From positions 3,328,001 to 3,392,000 of the forward strand of contig OZ219754.1 of the NCBI GenBank assembly GCA_964291295.2: 64,000 nt of DNA, given 5' to 3'. Every line of letters begins with the position of its first letter. Position 1 is the first letter of the stretch. A program made the position numbers and the translations under genes. Below are positions 18,801 through 30,954 of the stretch, piece by piece. The DNA is from an uncultured Candidatus Binatia bacterium. Its GTDB lineage: Bacteria > Desulfobacterota > Binatia > UBA9968 > JAJDTQ01. The notes under the pieces were generated by a model. It was not told the DNA's origin. It saw nothing but the letters and a program-made list of their open reading frames with translations, and did not search any database.

Positions 18801-21347
18801 AACATGCCGCAGACGGTGACGGTGAACGCGGGGACGGACACGGACACGACGCCGGACGCCGCCGTGACGCTGACCCACAGGGCCTCGGGGGGCGGCTACG
18901 CTTCGGTGAGCATCGCCTCGGTGGTGGTGAGCGTGACGGAGAGCGGCGTGGTGCCGGCGAAGCCGACGGGCCTGGCGGCGGCGGCGGGGGACGGTTCGGT
19001 GACGCTGAGCTGGACGGACGCGGGCAATCCGACCATCACGAAGTGGCAATACCGGCAGAAGGCCGGCGGCAAGTCCTGGGACGATTGGACGGACATTGGG
19101 GGCTCCGGAGCGAGCACCACAAGCTACGAGGTGAGCGGGCTGACCAACGGCACCGCGTATCAGTTCGAGGTGCGCGCGGTGAACGGTGCCGGCAACGGCG
19201 CTGGCCCGGATGCGCCGGTGAGCGCGACGCCGACGGGCGCCACGCCGCCATCCACGCCTCCCGGGACAACGCCGACGCCGCCTGCGGCGGTCGGGAGCGG
19301 GAGCGTGCGGGTGACGCCGGCGGCGCTGACGGTGGAGGAGGGCGGCACCGGGAGTTACACGGTGGTGCTGGGTGCGGAGCCCGCGGGGACGGTGACGGTG
19401 ACGGTGGGCGGGGCATCGGGGGAGGTGACGGTGGTGCCGCGGCGCCTGAGCTTCACGGTGTCGAACTGGAGCGAGCCGCAGCGGGTGACGGTGAGCGCGG
19501 CTCGTGATGCGGACACGGCGGACGACAGGGCGACGCTGACGCACGGAGCGAGGGGCGGGGGCTACGATTCGGTGAGCATCGCCTCGGTGGTGGTGCGGGT
19601 GAGGGACACGACGCCGGTGCTGAGTCTGGAGACGGACCCGGCGGCGGTGAGCGAGGGGGAGGACATCCGCCTTGTGGTGACCTCGGACCGTGCGCTGACG
19701 GGCAATCTGACGGTGAGCCTGACGCTGGCGGCGCGCGACGGCAGCGGCTTCGATGCGGAGGACCTTCCGGGGGGACTGGGGCCGCGTTCGTTGGATGCGG
19801 TGTTCGGCGCCACGGCGAGCCGGAGGGGAGTGGTGATGATCCCCACCCGCACGGATGGAGAGGTGGAAGGCCGGGAGTCGTACGGCATCAGGCTGAACGC
19901 GGCGGAGGGCTATGCGGTGGGGGTGGATGCGGAGGCGGAGGGAGTTCTGGAAGAGGGTTCGTCGGAGGGGGCGGATCGGGTGAACCGTGCGATCCTGCCG
20001 CAGGTGGCGGCGATGGCGCTGTCGCAGACGCTGGAGGCGGTGACGAGGCGGATCGAAGCGGTGTCGGATGGCGGTGCGGGCGGTGCGGTGCGTTTTGGAG
20101 CGGCGCCGGGGAAGGCGGTGGAGGAGGAGTGGGTTGGCTTGGGAGACCCGGGGCAACAGGGACCGGGCTTGCGGGAGATGCTGGACGGGGCCTCCTTCGC
20201 GCTGCCGCTGGGTGCTGCGGGGGCGGGAGCGGTGGCGGCGCCGGCGTTGTGGGGAGTGGGCGAGTGGCGGTCGCTGTCGGGTTCGGAGCGGGATCTTTCC
20301 TGGGAGGGCGGGCTGTGGTCGGGGTATCTGGGGGCGGACGTTCGGGTTCGCCCGGACCTGCTGGCGGGGGCGGCGGTGTCGTATGCGAAGGGCAAGGTGG
20401 ATGCGGTGTCGAAGAGGGGCGACCGGACGAAAAGCAGGCACGAGAGCCGGGTGGTGTCGGTGAATCCGTATCTGGCGTGGCTGCGTGCGGACGGCACGAC
20501 GCTGTGGGCCAGCGCGGGTTACGGGAGGGGCGAGGTGCGGATCGCCGAGGCGGGAGCGGCGGCGCGCACGGCGGACCTGTCGCAATGGAGTGGGGCCGCG
20601 GGCGGGCGCGGGGTTCTGATGGAGGATACGGAGATCATTGCCGGGGGCACCACGCGAGTGGCGGTGAAGGGGGAGGGCTCCCTGGTCCAACTGGGCACGG
20701 AGGCCGGCGACGGTCTGACGGAGTTGACGGTGAAGGCGAGCCGACTGCGGCTGATGGTGGAGGGGACGTGGGAGCACCGGGTCGGGGGCGATGCGACGCT
20801 GACGCCGGCACTGGAAGTGGGCGTGCGTCATGACGACGGCGACGTTGGGCAGGGCGGCGGGGTGGAGGTGGGGGCCGGCGTGATCTGGCGCGACCCGGGT
20901 GCCCGTCTGACCGCGGAGTTGCGCGCCCGGATGCTGGCGGTGCACGAGCGGGACCGGAAGGAATGGGGCGTGAGCGCCCTGGTGATCCTGGACCCCGGGG
21001 CGGACGGTCGGGGGAGCTATCTGAGCTTCGGCCCGGCCCACGGTCGCACGGCAAGCGGTGTGAGGGGGTTGTTCGACTACGGTCCGGCCACGGACAGCGG
21101 GGCGGGGGCGGAGGAGAGCCGTCTGGAGGCGGAGATGGGGCACGGCATCGGCATCGCCGGCCCGGCGCCGCTGGCGCTGCTGACGCCTTATGCCGGGCTC
21201 AGCCTGGCGGAGTCGGGCGAGCGCACGCTGCGCCTGGGTGCGCGCTACCGCCTGGGCTCGGGGGTCGCCCTGGGAATCGAGGGCACAAGCCGGCCCTGGA
21301 CCAACGGCGAGCAGAGCCTCATGCTGCGCGGTGCGCTGCGCTGGTGA
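15802..21347 (+). CDS. Large FN3/Calx-beta-like repeat surface protein with C-terminal autotransporter barrel; probable start (15802) is frameshifted at a C14 tract
   Basis: Several FN3 modules (GDGQVTLSW...VTGLTNGTxYxF), repeated VTVS..LTV.EG.S.TYTV.L modules, signal-like LAVLFLIALAAVLAPQDAQAQ, and an amphipathic beta-barrel C-terminus ending in W. Confidence 0.8.
15886..15899 (+). repeat. C14 homopolymer in the 5' coding region
   Basis: ata-C14-gag read directly from the sequence. Confidence 0.95.
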
Positions 21348-21538
21348 GGATCGCGACCGACCCGTGGCTGGAGGGAGGGGATTTCGCCGCGGCCGCGGCC
21401 CCGTCCGATCAGAGTCAGCAGCCTGATCCTGGTGGTGGAATCCAGGTTCCGCCGGGCCGGCGTCGGAATGCGAGCGCCGCCCCGATCCGGTTCAATGGAA
21501 TTTCTTCCCCGGCACCGGAGAGGTTCCGCCGCGGCGGA

Positions 21539-22551
21539 TCAGAAGGGCAGGGTGTGGACTGCGGCGGGGATTGCCAGGTCTCCGTGTCCGATGGTGACCC
21601 GGCTGCCAGGCTCGACGTAGTCCCGGTGGAGGTATCCCGGGGCGATGGGGCAACCGAGCCGTGGCGAGGCTGACACGCTGGTGATGCGGCCCATGTCGCG
21701 GTCGGCGCCGCGCAGGGTGTCTCGGGGGTGGGGTACGATGTCGTGAGCCCCACCAGCCGGCGGTTCACGTGGCCTCGGGAGTGAATGCGCTCCACCGTCT
21801 CCTGTCCCGGATCGCATCCTTTGGTGAAGCGGACGGCGTGCTGGAGAGCGGTTTCCAGCAGCAGCGTGTCGGCGTCCATATCGACCCCGTACCGTGGGAC
21901 CCCGGCCTCGATGCGCAGAGTCTCCCTTGGCGTTCAGGCCGATCCAGGGGATCGGCCTGAACGAGCGGCAGTGCCATTCGGACCGGCGCTTCATGTAGAG
22001 ACGCCACGCGGGTGGCCCGCGCGCGCGGCAGGGCCATCATGGCCGGCCGCCGATCCCGGGGTACCCGCAGGTCGAAACCGGGCTCCCCCGTATGCGTCGC
22101 GCGCACCGCCCGGATCCGGCTTCCGGCACAGACCCTCTCCCGGTGGCCCCGTTCTTCCGCTGGCAACACAGCGGCGTCCAGCAGCCCTGAGAGGCGAGTT
22201 TCCGAAGCCGGTCCCTGGATGGAGATCATGGCCAGCTCGCCCGAAAACTCGACAATCTCCACCTACAATCTCCACTTGGTCCGCCATCCGGTGGCGGTGG
22301 AGGTGTTCCAGCACACCCGGTGCGAGGAGTTCGTCCACCTCCCGCAGAAAGCCGCCGGCGGTGCGCAACACCCTCACGTCGGCCAGGATCTTTCCCTGAA
22401 TGTTCAGGATCGCCGCCGCCATGCCCTGGCCGGTGCCCAGGGCCGCGACGTCGTTGGAGAGCATTCCCTGGAGCCACCCGACGCTGTCGGGTCCGGCCAC
22501 GGACAGAAGGGCCTGAAAGTCCGTAACATGGTGGTTGACAAGGGATATCAT
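21539..22551 (-). pseudogene. YgfZ/GcvT-like folate-binding aminomethyltransferase, frameshifted
   Basis: Pieces in different frames: VAGPDSVGWLQGMLSNDV..NIQGKILAD; ISIQGP..THTGEPGFD; AVRFTKGCDPGQETVERIHSRGHVNRRLVGL. Confidence 0.85.
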
Positions 22552-22826
22552 TGATGATAATTTGGGCTATTGCTGGTTATCCTCAAGGACCAATGCTCAG
22601 AGCGCTGCTCAGTTCAGCGTTCAGTCCTGACGGGTCCGCAGGGACTGTCTCAACGCACAATTGCGAATTCGTGCCCGTTCCGCAACCCCTCCGGCCGTGA
22701 TCCGGGGCATCAGCGGTCTTGCGCGGGCCGAAGATTTCGACTGGTGGATTGTTGGCTTGCCGGGTGCTTCAAGGGAGCTTCGCCCCTTGGATGACGGCGT
22801 GATGAACACCGTGGAAGCCGAGACTG

Positions 22827-24347
22827 ATGGAGAGAGCCTTGAACATCCAGGACACCGAGGAGGCGATGGACGACTCAATCGACGAGCTTGACGATATTGC
22901 CATAGGCGAGGTCGAAGACGAAGAGCAGCCCGCGTCCCTCTCCGAGGAGTCCTCGTCGAGTCAGGTCCCGGCTGACGACGATCGGGTGGACGAAAAGACC
23001 GACCCGGTTTCGCTGTACCTTCGCGACATCGGCTCGACGCCGCTGTTGACCAGAGAACGCGAAGTCCAGCTCGGGATGCAGATGGAGCAGGGGCAGGCGG
23101 AGTACCTCGACAGCGTCATCGCCTCGCCGTTCGCCGTTCTCCGGGTGCTCAAGCTCGCCGAGGAGATCAAGAGCAACGCAGCCCCGCTGGACCGGGTGTT
23201 GATGGCCGGCGATGCCGGGGAAGCGTTCAACGAGACCATCGAGCGCCGGCGGTTTCTCAAAGGGGTCACGGCGCTGCGGGCACTGCTAAGGGACAAGAAG
23301 CGCATCAAGGGGGAGTTGGGTCGGAAACGGACTTCCCGGAAGCGCCGGGTGGCGTTGGAGGCGGACCTCGTCAAGAAGGAGGCCCGCATCGTCGATACGG
23401 TGAAGGCGCTGCGGCTGTCCAAGGAATGGATCGACGACATCGGGAACCACCTCAAGGAGTCGCACCGGAACCTGGTCACCCTGCAGGCCAAGGCTCGAGG
23501 TCGCAGCCGCGGCAACGCGGCCAGGCAGACCGCCGCCGAGATAGCGGCCATCGAGGACACTCACGAATCCTCCGCTGACGACATCGCGCGCCAGGTGGAA
23601 GCCATAGCCGCCGCCGAGTTCAAGGCCTCATCGGCAAAGAAGATCCTCATCGAGGCCAACCTGCGCCTGGTGGTGAGCCTTGCGAAGAAGTACGGCAATC
23701 GCGGCCTTCAGTTCCTGGACCTGATTCAGGAAGGCAATGTGGGCCTCATGCGGGCGGCGGAGAAATTCGACTATCGGCTGGGCTACCGGTTTTCGACATA
23801 CGCCGGCTGGTGGATCCGCCAGAGCATCACCCGCGGCATCATCGATTCCGCGCCGACCATTCGCATCCCGGTCCACATGATCGAGACCCGAAACAAGCTC
23901 ATCCGCGCGAATCGGTCGCTGTACCGCAAGCTCGGACGGGATCCGCAGCCGGACGAGGTGGCCGCCGAGATGGGACTGACCACCGACGAGATTCGCCGGC
24001 TGATGCGTATCGTCAAGGAGCCGGTGTCCCTGGAGACTCCCATGGGCGACGACGACGAAAGCCGGCTCGGCGACTTCGTGGAAGACAAGCACATTCTCAA
24101 GCCGGTGGAACAGACGATTCACGCCGACCTGCGCGACAAGGTGAAGCGGGAGCTGGCCAAGCTGCCGCCCAGGGAGGAGGCGGTGCTGCGGTTCCGCTTC
24201 GGCATCGGGGAGGTGCGGGACTACACCCTCGAAGAACTGGGCGAGCGGTTCTCGCTCACGAGAGAACGCATTCGCCAGATCGAGCAACGCGCCCTGAGAA
24301 AGCTCCGGACCAACATGGCGGTGTCGGGACTGAACCTTCAGGACTGA
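22827..24347 (+). CDS. RpoD-like sigma70 factor (group 1/2), no recognisable region 1.1
   Basis: [19 protein letters not shown]; [16 protein letters not shown]; [13 protein letters not shown]; [11 protein letters not shown]; [20 protein letters not shown]. Confidence 0.93.
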   Translation: MERALNIQDTEEAMDDSIDELDDIAIGEVEDEEQPASLSEESSSSQVPADDDRVDEKTDPVSLYLRDIGSTPLLTREREVQLGMQMEQGQAEYLDSVIASPFAVLRVLKLAEEIKSNAAPLDRVLMAGDAGEAFNETIERRRFLKGVTALRALLRDKKRIKGELGRKRTSRKRRVALEADLVKKEARIVDTVKALRLSKEWIDDIGNHLKESHRNLVTLQAKARGRSRGNAARQTAAEIAAIEDTHESSADDIARQVEAIAAAEFKASSAKKILIEANLRLVVSLAKKYGNRGLQFLDLIQEGNVGLMRAAEKFDYRLGYRFSTYAGWWIRQSITRGIIDSAPTIRIPVHMIETRNKLIRANRSLYRKLGRDPQPDEVAAEMGLTTDEIRRLMRIVKEPVSLETPMGDDDESRLGDFVEDKHILKPVEQTIHADLRDKVKRELAKLPPREEAVLRFRFGIGEVRDYTLEELGERFSLTRERIRQIEQRALRKLRTNMAVSGLNLQD

Positions 24348-24526
24348 CGCCTCCCCCGCCAACGGAACCGCGCCACGCCGCGAACGGCGGAACCGTCCTT
24401 TCCGGACAGCCACCTCCATCAAGCATCGCACCGAGCGGCGTTGACATGGGAGTGCGGGGGGCTCGGAGGCCAAGAGCCCGGTGGTTTCCCGGCACGGCCT
24501 CCCTGCTCCCCTGCCCCGCTCGCGTG

Positions 24527-25081
24527 TCAAGTCGATCCGTGCGCCAGACGCACCGTGCTGGCCTGTGGCCCCTGCAGGCCCTCTTCTTCGGTAAAGTGGA
24601 CCGGCGTGCCCGGCGTCAGGCGTTCGAATCCGTCCAGGACGCTGTTCTCGTGGAAATAGATCTCGCGGCCGTCACGGGTCTCGATGAAGCCGTAGCCCTT
24701 GGCGGCAAAAAGCCTGCTCACCCGGGCCGAGGGCTCCGCCGCATGGGCCTTCACCTCGCCGCGCCGGCGTTGCGCATATTCCTGGACGCGCCGCCTGGCC
24801 GCATCGAAAGCGTCGCGTATGGCCACATGAATGTCGTGGTGCTCCGCAGCCTGGCTGTTGTCACGGTTCACCACCAACTCTCCACCGGGCACCGTCAAAT
24901 CGATGCGAACATTGTAGAGCTTGCCCTTGTGACGGTGACGGTGCGGGGCGGCCACCACGACCCGGCAACCCGTGATCCGGTCATGAAAGCGATCGAGCTT
25001 GGCCGCCTTGTCGCGAATGGCCTGCTCGATCTCGTGAGAGGGCTCCATGTCGCGAAAGGTCACTTGAAGTTCGAGTTTCAT
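24527..25081 (-). CDS. HPF/RaiA ribosome-associated protein fused to a cold-shock domain
   Basis: LQVTFRDME..KLDRFHDRITGCRVVV..AIRDAFDAARR followed by KGYGFIET.DGREIYFHENSV. Confidence 0.9.
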   Translation of the reverse strand: MKLELQVTFRDMEPSHEIEQAIRDKAAKLDRFHDRITGCRVVVAAPHRHRHKGKLYNVRIDLTVPGGELVVNRDNSQAAEHHDIHVAIRDAFDAARRRVQEYAQRRRGEVKAHAAEPSARVSRLFAAKGYGFIETRDGREIYFHENSVLDGFERLTPGTPVHFTEEEGLQGPQASTVRLAHGST

Positions 25082-25283
25082 CGGCGCCTCCCTCCTGGTC
25101 TCTCTTTCTCTCCTCCTTCTCTTTCTATAACCCGCAGCGATACCGCGTCAATTGCCTTTCATTCGGAACCGGCCTCCGCGCCCGCCACCACGGGCCTTTC
25201 CCGGACGGCGGATGACAGTGCGGCTCCTGCGAGCCGCGCCGCCCGGGACTGGAGCGGCTGGAACAAGCCCGGGCCACCAAGTG

Positions 25284-26036
25284 TCATTCATCCAGCATCT
25301 CCGCCAGGTCGGCCACGACGATGTCGGCGCCGTTCTCGCGAAGGGCTTCAGCGTCGTCATGCCGGTCCACGCCGATGACCAGACCGAAGCCGCCCCGGTG
25401 CCCGGCCTGAACACCGGAAAGCGCATCCTCCACCACCACCGCTCTCTCCGGGCGCACCCCCAACTCCTCGGCGGCCCTGAGGTAGGTGTCCGGCGCGGGC
25501 TTTCCGAGAATCTTCAACCGATGGGCGATCTCCCCGTCCATCCTGACGTCGAACAGCTCCTCGATGGCCGCGGCCGCCATGATGGTCTGGCAGTTCCTGC
25601 TGGATGACACCACCGCCGTTCTGAACCCCTGGCCTCGGAGCGCCCTGGCCCAGCGGATGGTCCCGTCGTAGGTTTCCACCCCTTCCGCGGTCAGCAGCTC
25701 GTTGAACAGCCGATCCTTGCGGTTGCCCAGGCCGCACAGCGTCGCCACCCCCGGCGGATCGTCCGGATCGCCACCGGGCAACTCGATTCCCCTGGACTCC
25801 AGGAAGCTCCGCACCCCGTCATAACGGGGTTTGCCGTCCACATGACGCTTGTAATCGCTATCGATGTCGAACGGTACGAAGGTGCCGCCGAGATCGGCTG
25901 CACGTTGCCGGAGGAACTCATCGAACATTTTTTTCCAGCACAGCGAGTGAACCCGCGCGGTGGATGTCAGCACGCCGTCGAGATCGAACAGCACGGCGTC
26001 GTAGTCGTCCGTGGTCACGCGTGGATGAGAGCTCAT
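25284..26036 (-). CDS. HAD hydrolase, beta-phosphoglucomutase family
   Basis: [42 protein letters not shown]. Confidence 0.9.
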   Translation of the reverse strand: MSSHPRVTTDDYDAVLFDLDGVLTSTARVHSLCWKKMFDEFLRQRAADLGGTFVPFDIDSDYKRHVDGKPRYDGVRSFLESRGIELPGGDPDDPPGVATLCGLGNRKDRLFNELLTAEGVETYDGTIRWARALRGQGFRTAVVSSSRNCQTIMAAAAIEELFDVRMDGEIAHRLKILGKPAPDTYLRAAEELGVRPERAVVVEDALSGVQAGHRGGFGLVIGVDRHDDAEALRENGADIVVADLAEMLDE

Positions 26037-26698
26037 GATGCAGACTCGTTCAGCTGCGAGAGGATCGCGCCGCGCACGTCCTCGACCCGGCCCACTCCCG
26101 ATACCCTGATGTATCGAGGCGCCGCCAAGCCATCCCGGCCCTGCCGCCGGGTATAGTAATCGATCAGCGGAGCGGTCTGTTCGTTGTAGACCTCCAGCCG
26201 CCGGCGAACCGTCTCCTCCCGATCGTCGTCTCGCTGGACCAGAGCTTCCCCGGTAACGTCATCCTTGCCGTCGACCTTCGGCGGATTGAACGCCACGTGA
26301 TAGGTGCGCCCGGACGGCGGGTGCACACGCCTGCCGCTGAGCCGCGCGATGACCACCTCGGCCGGCACGTCGATCTCCACCACATGAGTTACCGGGATGT
26401 CATTGTCCCGCAACGCCTCGGCCTGGGCCAAGGTGCGCGGGAAGCCGTCGAAAAGAAACCCGTTGCGGCAATCCGGATCCCGTATGCGCTCCTTGATGAG
26501 CTCCACCATCACGGAGTCGGACACCAGCGCGCCGGACTCCATCACGGCCTTGACCCGCAGCCCCAGCACCGAGCCTGCCTTCACCGCCTCCCGCAGCATG
26601 TCGCCCGTGGAGATCTGCGGGATGCCGAAGGCCTCGGCAACGGAACCGGCCTGCGTTCCCTTGCCCGCTCCGGGAGGACCCAATACGATGATACGCAT
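26033..26698 (-). CDS. adk: Adenylate kinase
   Basis: [37 protein letters not shown]. Confidence 0.97.
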   Translation of the reverse strand: MRIIVLGPPGAGKGTQAGSVAEAFGIPQISTGDMLREAVKAGSVLGLRVKAVMESGALVSDSVMVELIKERIRDPDCRNGFLFDGFPRTLAQAEALRDNDIPVTHVVEIDVPAEVVIARLSGRRVHPPSGRTYHVAFNPPKVDGKDDVTGEALVQRDDDREETVRRRLEVYNEQTAPLIDYYTRRQGRDGLAAPRYIRVSGVGRVEDVRGAILSQLNESAS

Positions 26699-27152
26699 CA
26701 ACGCGCTCTCCAGTCGCCGCTCGCGCGGCCGGCGCTGACGCCCTCGGCCGAACATGGACGGAATTTCGGGAGGCTCCGGCGTGTGAGACTCCATACCGGC
26801 ATCCTGGCGGGTGAACCCTCAAAAGGTCAAGAAAACCAGTAACATGAAAACCCTGCCCCATCAAGGCGGGGACCTGTCCCACGCTGTGGAGATGCCGATG
26901 AAGCAAGCCGGGTTGCTTCAGACAGTCCAGGTTTCTTGATGAATCCGCCGGCCCGCGTCGTCTCAAGGACACTCCTGCTGCGGCACGGTACGCCGAACGC
27001 CCTGGGGAAAGGCTGAGGCAGAAGGTCGAGGGCGCAAAACTGGCAACCGCCCGGTGAATGCCGTACAGTGGGAAACAGTCAGAAACCGGTATGGCTTGGC
27101 AAACGAGCCGCCGCCCCTAAGCCGCCGCCCCTAAGGTGCCAGGGAGACCTTC

Positions 27153-28562
27153 ATGCCCGACCCGGGAACCGAGGACAATCCTCTCAGAACAGCCATCATC
27201 GGGTCGGGACCGGCGGGCTTCTATATCGTCGAACGATTGTTCCGCGAAAAGGGATTGCGGGTCGAGATCGACATGTTCGACGAACTGGCGACCCCGTTCG
27301 GGCTGGTGCGGGGAGGCGTCGCCCCCGATCATCAGAAGATCAAGTCGGTGGTACGGGTCTATGACCGCAACGCCCGGAATCCCGACTTTCGCTTCTACGG
27401 CAACGTGCGCTACGGCCGGCAACTCCACCTGGACGACCTCAAGGTCCACTACCACCAGATATGCTTCACCACCGGGGCCCAGACCGACCGCAGCCTCGGC
27501 ATTCCCGGGGAGGAGCTCCGGGGCAGCCACGCGGCCACCGAATTCGTCGGCTGGTACAACGGCCACCCGGACTACCGGGACCGCCGTTTCGACCTGTCCG
27601 GAGAATCCGCCGTGATCATCGGCATCGGCAATGTCGCCATCGACGTCGCCCGCATCCTGTGCCGGAGCCACCAGGAACTGGCCGTCACGGACATCGCCGA
27701 CTACGCGTTGGAAGCGCTCGCGGCAAGCCGGATCCGAAACGTTCACCTCATCGGCCGCCGGGGCCCGGCCCAGGCCGCCTTCACCAACCCCGAGATCAAG
27801 GAAATGGGTGAACTCGCCGACGCCGACGTGACGATTCCCCCGAAAGAGGCACAAATCGATGACCTCAGTCAGGCCTATGTGGACACGCACCCGGACAAGG
27901 CCCTGCTCCGCAAGATCGCGATCCTCCAAGGCTACGCCGGTCGTCCCCCCACCGGGAAGTCGCGCCGGCTCAGCATCCGTTTTCTGCTGTCGCCGGCGGA
28001 GGTCATCGGCAACGCCCAAGGCAGGGTACAAGCCATACGCCTGGTCAGGAACCAGATCTACGCCGACAACGGCTCGCTGCGGCCGCGCGCCACGGGCAAG
28101 CACGAGATCCTCCCCGCCGACATCCTCTTCCGCTCCGTGGGCTACCTCGGCGTGCCGCTTCCCGGGGTTCCCTTCGACGAACGCCGCGGGGTGATCTTCA
28201 ACGACCGGGGTCGGGTGCTGGCCGGGGACGGCAAGGAGCCGGTCCGGGGCCTCTATGCCGCCGGATGGATCAAGCGCGGACCCACCGGCGTCATCGGCAC
28301 CAACAAGCCCGATGCCGCCGAAACGGTGGACCGCATGCTGGAGGACTTGCGGGCGGGTGCGATCCTCAACCCCGCCCGGCCCGACGTGGCGGCCGCCGAG
28401 AGACTCGTGCGGGAACGGCAACCCGACTACGTTTCCTACGACGACTGGCTCCGCCTCGACCACATCGAAACCGCCCGCGGCAAGGAACATGGACGCCCGC
28501 GGATCAAGCTCACGCGCACCGAGGACATGCTCGCGGCGCTCAGGGCCGCGGACCAGCCATAG
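27153..28562 (+). CDS. Ferredoxin/adrenodoxin-NADP+ reductase (FprA-like)
   Basis: GSGPAGFY, FGLVRGGVAPDH, FVGWYNGHPD, GIGNVAIDVAR, GRRGP, GWIKRGPTGVIGTN. Confidence 0.92.
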   Translation: MPDPGTEDNPLRTAIIGSGPAGFYIVERLFREKGLRVEIDMFDELATPFGLVRGGVAPDHQKIKSVVRVYDRNARNPDFRFYGNVRYGRQLHLDDLKVHYHQICFTTGAQTDRSLGIPGEELRGSHAATEFVGWYNGHPDYRDRRFDLSGESAVIIGIGNVAIDVARILCRSHQELAVTDIADYALEALAASRIRNVHLIGRRGPAQAAFTNPEIKEMGELADADVTIPPKEAQIDDLSQAYVDTHPDKALLRKIAILQGYAGRPPTGKSRRLSIRFLLSPAEVIGNAQGRVQAIRLVRNQIYADNGSLRPRATGKHEILPADILFRSVGYLGVPLPGVPFDERRGVIFNDRGRVLAGDGKEPVRGLYAAGWIKRGPTGVIGTNKPDAAETVDRMLEDLRAGAILNPARPDVAAAERLVRERQPDYVSYDDWLRLDHIETARGKEHGRPRIKLTRTEDMLAALRAADQP

Positions 28563-28787
28563 TCCGAACACGGCGCTGGCGCGACATCGCGCTGCTCGCA
28601 ACCTCTTGATTCAACCCAGGTGATATTGATTCAGCCCCGGTGACCCCGAGGTCGATCAGACCTTCCCCTGCGCCCGCCGTCCGTCCATCGTCTCGGCCCG
28701 GATCCGCCATGCCGGCCCGTAACCAAGCCTCGACGACGAGGAGGTTCGCAATCCTTCGGGTGGTTTCGCAATGGACGGTCAACCGTT

Positions 28788-29606
28788 TCAGAGCAGCGCC
28801 GCGGCCGCGGCGTCCGCCATGATCACCGCGGATCGGGCAGGAATGCGGCCTGCGGGAATGGCCCTGTCGCCGTCACGCAGCCGCAACAGCATCTCCCGCT
28901 TGTCATCGCCGGTCACCACCCAGAGGATCCGCCGGGCGGTGTCGAGGAGCGGAAAGGTCAGAGTCATGCGACGCCGCCCCTGATAGACGCCGGTCACCGC
29001 GACCCGCGCGTCGCGGATCGCCAGTTCCGGCGCGCCCGGAACCAGGGACGCCGTATGACCGTCCGCACCGAGCCCCAGATGCACCAGATCCAGCCGGTCC
29101 GACGGCTCGGTCAGACGCCGGAGGGTATCGGCATACTCCCGGGCCGCCACGGCGAGGTCCGCCGCCTCCACCGGCATGGCGTGTATCCGCCCGGGGTCGA
29201 GCGGCACCCGCCCCAGCAGGCATTCCCGCAAGTGCGTGAGGTTCCGGTCCGCATGGCCCTCCGGTGCCACCCGTTCGTCCACCTGCACGACCTCCACCGC
29301 CTGCCAGGGAACGTCCTCGCGCGCCAGCGCCCGCAGCATGATCCAAGGGGTGCGGCCGCCGCTTGCCGCGAACACGAACCGGCCGCGTGTGTTCACCGCC
29401 GCGCGCGCGGCCTCGGCGATGAATGCGGCCGCCCGTTGTGCCACGGCCTCGGCATCGGGCAACACCTCGATGTTCATGTGCGGCACACCGGCGCCGGCCA
29501 AGAGGCCTGCGTCGCAGGGGAGTTCGGGAGGTGACGGGTCGGGTCCCATGTCCGGCGTTTCGTCCGGAATGCCGGACAGGTGCGGCCTTGTCTCATCTTT
29601 GGACAC
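28788..29606 (-). CDS. pgl: 6-phosphogluconolactonase (true start may be the ATG at 29477)
   Basis: SGGRTP, VDERVAP, LGLGADGHTASL, RRMTLT. Confidence 0.9.
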   Translation of the reverse strand: MSKDETRPHLSGIPDETPDMGPDPSPPELPCDAGLLAGAGVPHMNIEVLPDAEAVAQRAAAFIAEAARAAVNTRGRFVFAASGGRTPWIMLRALAREDVPWQAVEVVQVDERVAPEGHADRNLTHLRECLLGRVPLDPGRIHAMPVEAADLAVAAREYADTLRRLTEPSDRLDLVHLGLGADGHTASLVPGAPELAIRDARVAVTGVYQGRRRMTLTFPLLDTARRILWVVTGDDKREMLLRLRDGDRAIPAGRIPARSAVIMADAAAAALL

Positions 29607-29748
29607 GCATGGGGCACCACGATTGGTACTCTGATATTGGCACTCTGATGAATCTCCGTCCCACGAGCAGGATCCCTGCCCCGCAGTATCCCTGTCCCAC
29701 GAGAATTTTCCGCGGCTCAGGCTCCTGTTTGCTGCCCTGTTTCCCGCC

Positions 29749-30780
29749 CTATTTGCTGCCCCGTTTCCCGCCGGGCAACTCCTGGTGGCCGCCGAACTGG
29801 AAGCGCATGGCCGAAAGCAGCTTGTCGGCGAAGTCCGCCTCGCCGCGGGAACTGAACCGCTCGAACAGCGCCGCGGTCAGGACGTGGGCGGGCACCGCCT
29901 CGTCCACCGCCGCCTGCACGGTCCACCGTCCCTCCCCGGAATCGGACACCCGGCCCGCGAACCGCTCGAGCCCGGGGTCCTCCAGGAGCGCGTTGGCGGT
30001 GAGGTCCAGGAGCCAGGACGCCACCACGCTGCCGCGGCGCCACAGCTCCGCCACCTCTCCCAGATCAAAGTCGTACTGATAGTGCTCGGGGGCCCTCAAG
30101 GGCGTCTGCTCCGCGCTGGCCTCGTGTCCCTGCTTGCCGGCGTTGGCGTGCTTCAGGATGTTGAAGCCTTCGGCGTAGGCCGCCATGATGCCGTACTCGA
30201 TGCCATTGTGGATCATCTTGACGAAGTGACCGGCGCCGTTGGGGCCGCAGTGCAGGTAACCGTGCTCCGCCGTGCCCCTGCCCGGCTCCCGGCCCGGAGT
30301 GCGCGGCGCCTCGTCGATGTCGGGCGCGAGCGCCGCGAAGATCGAATCCAGATGCTTCACCACGCCCGTCTCGCCGCCGATCATCTGGCAATAGCCGCGC
30401 TCAAGGCCCCAGACGCCGCCGCTGGTGCCCACGTCGACGTAGTGAATGCCCTTGAGGGCCAGTTCCCTGGCCCGCCGGATGTCGTCGATGTAGTACGAGT
30501 TGCCGCCGTCGATGATGATGTCGTCCTCCTCCAGAAAGGCGACAAAGGACTCGATGGTCCGGTCCACCACCGCCGCCGGCACCATCATCCATACCGTCCG
30601 GGGCTTCTCAAGCTGCGCCGCCAGTTCCTCCAGCGAACCGCTCCCCGCCGCACCCGCCTCCACCAGCCCCCGGACCGCGCCGGCATGGCGGTCGAAAGCC
30701 ACCACCTGGTGCCCGGCCGTGATCAGCCGCCTCGCCATGTTGCCGCCCATTCTTCCCAGACCGATGATGCCCACCTGCAT
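29749..30780 (-). CDS. gnd: Decarboxylating 6-phosphogluconate dehydrogenase (short YqeC type)
   Basis: GLGRMG, IDGGNS, DVGTSGG, GHFVKMIHNGIEYG, VSDSGEGRWT, MRFQFGGH. Confidence 0.95.
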   Translation of the reverse strand: MQVGIIGLGRMGGNMARRLITAGHQVVAFDRHAGAVRGLVEAGAAGSGSLEELAAQLEKPRTVWMMVPAAVVDRTIESFVAFLEEDDIIIDGGNSYYIDDIRRARELALKGIHYVDVGTSGGVWGLERGYCQMIGGETGVVKHLDSIFAALAPDIDEAPRTPGREPGRGTAEHGYLHCGPNGAGHFVKMIHNGIEYGIMAAYAEGFNILKHANAGKQGHEASAEQTPLRAPEHYQYDFDLGEVAELWRRGSVVASWLLDLTANALLEDPGLERFAGRVSDSGEGRWTVQAAVDEAVPAHVLTAALFERFSSRGEADFADKLLSAMRFQFGGHQELPGGKRGSK

Positions 30781-30954
30781 GCGAACCTCCCTGAAGAAGC
30801 TGTGTTGTAGAAGCTGCGTTGTCGCCCGACAAACCGTTTTGACGGCGCCGTCCCGTCCCGCTGCATCTTAGCACAGGAACCGTTCCGACATGCCACGAAG
30901 CCGGCCTGAGCATGATGGCGTTGCCCTCGTGGATACGCTACAGTGGCCGCCTCC

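Noticed and set aside
15561-21143. Long antisense ORFs (762 aa and 963 aa here; likewise 905 aa at 34161-36878 and 677 aa at 10717-12750)
   Set aside because: Arg/His/Gly-rich shadow frames opposite well-supported genes, as expected in high-GC DNA; no protein motifs.
26800-27100. ncRNA or riboswitch between adk and the FprA-like gene
   Set aside because: No recognisable conserved RNA motif. A short match to the ISAs1-like end suggests IS debris; a covariance-model search would be needed.
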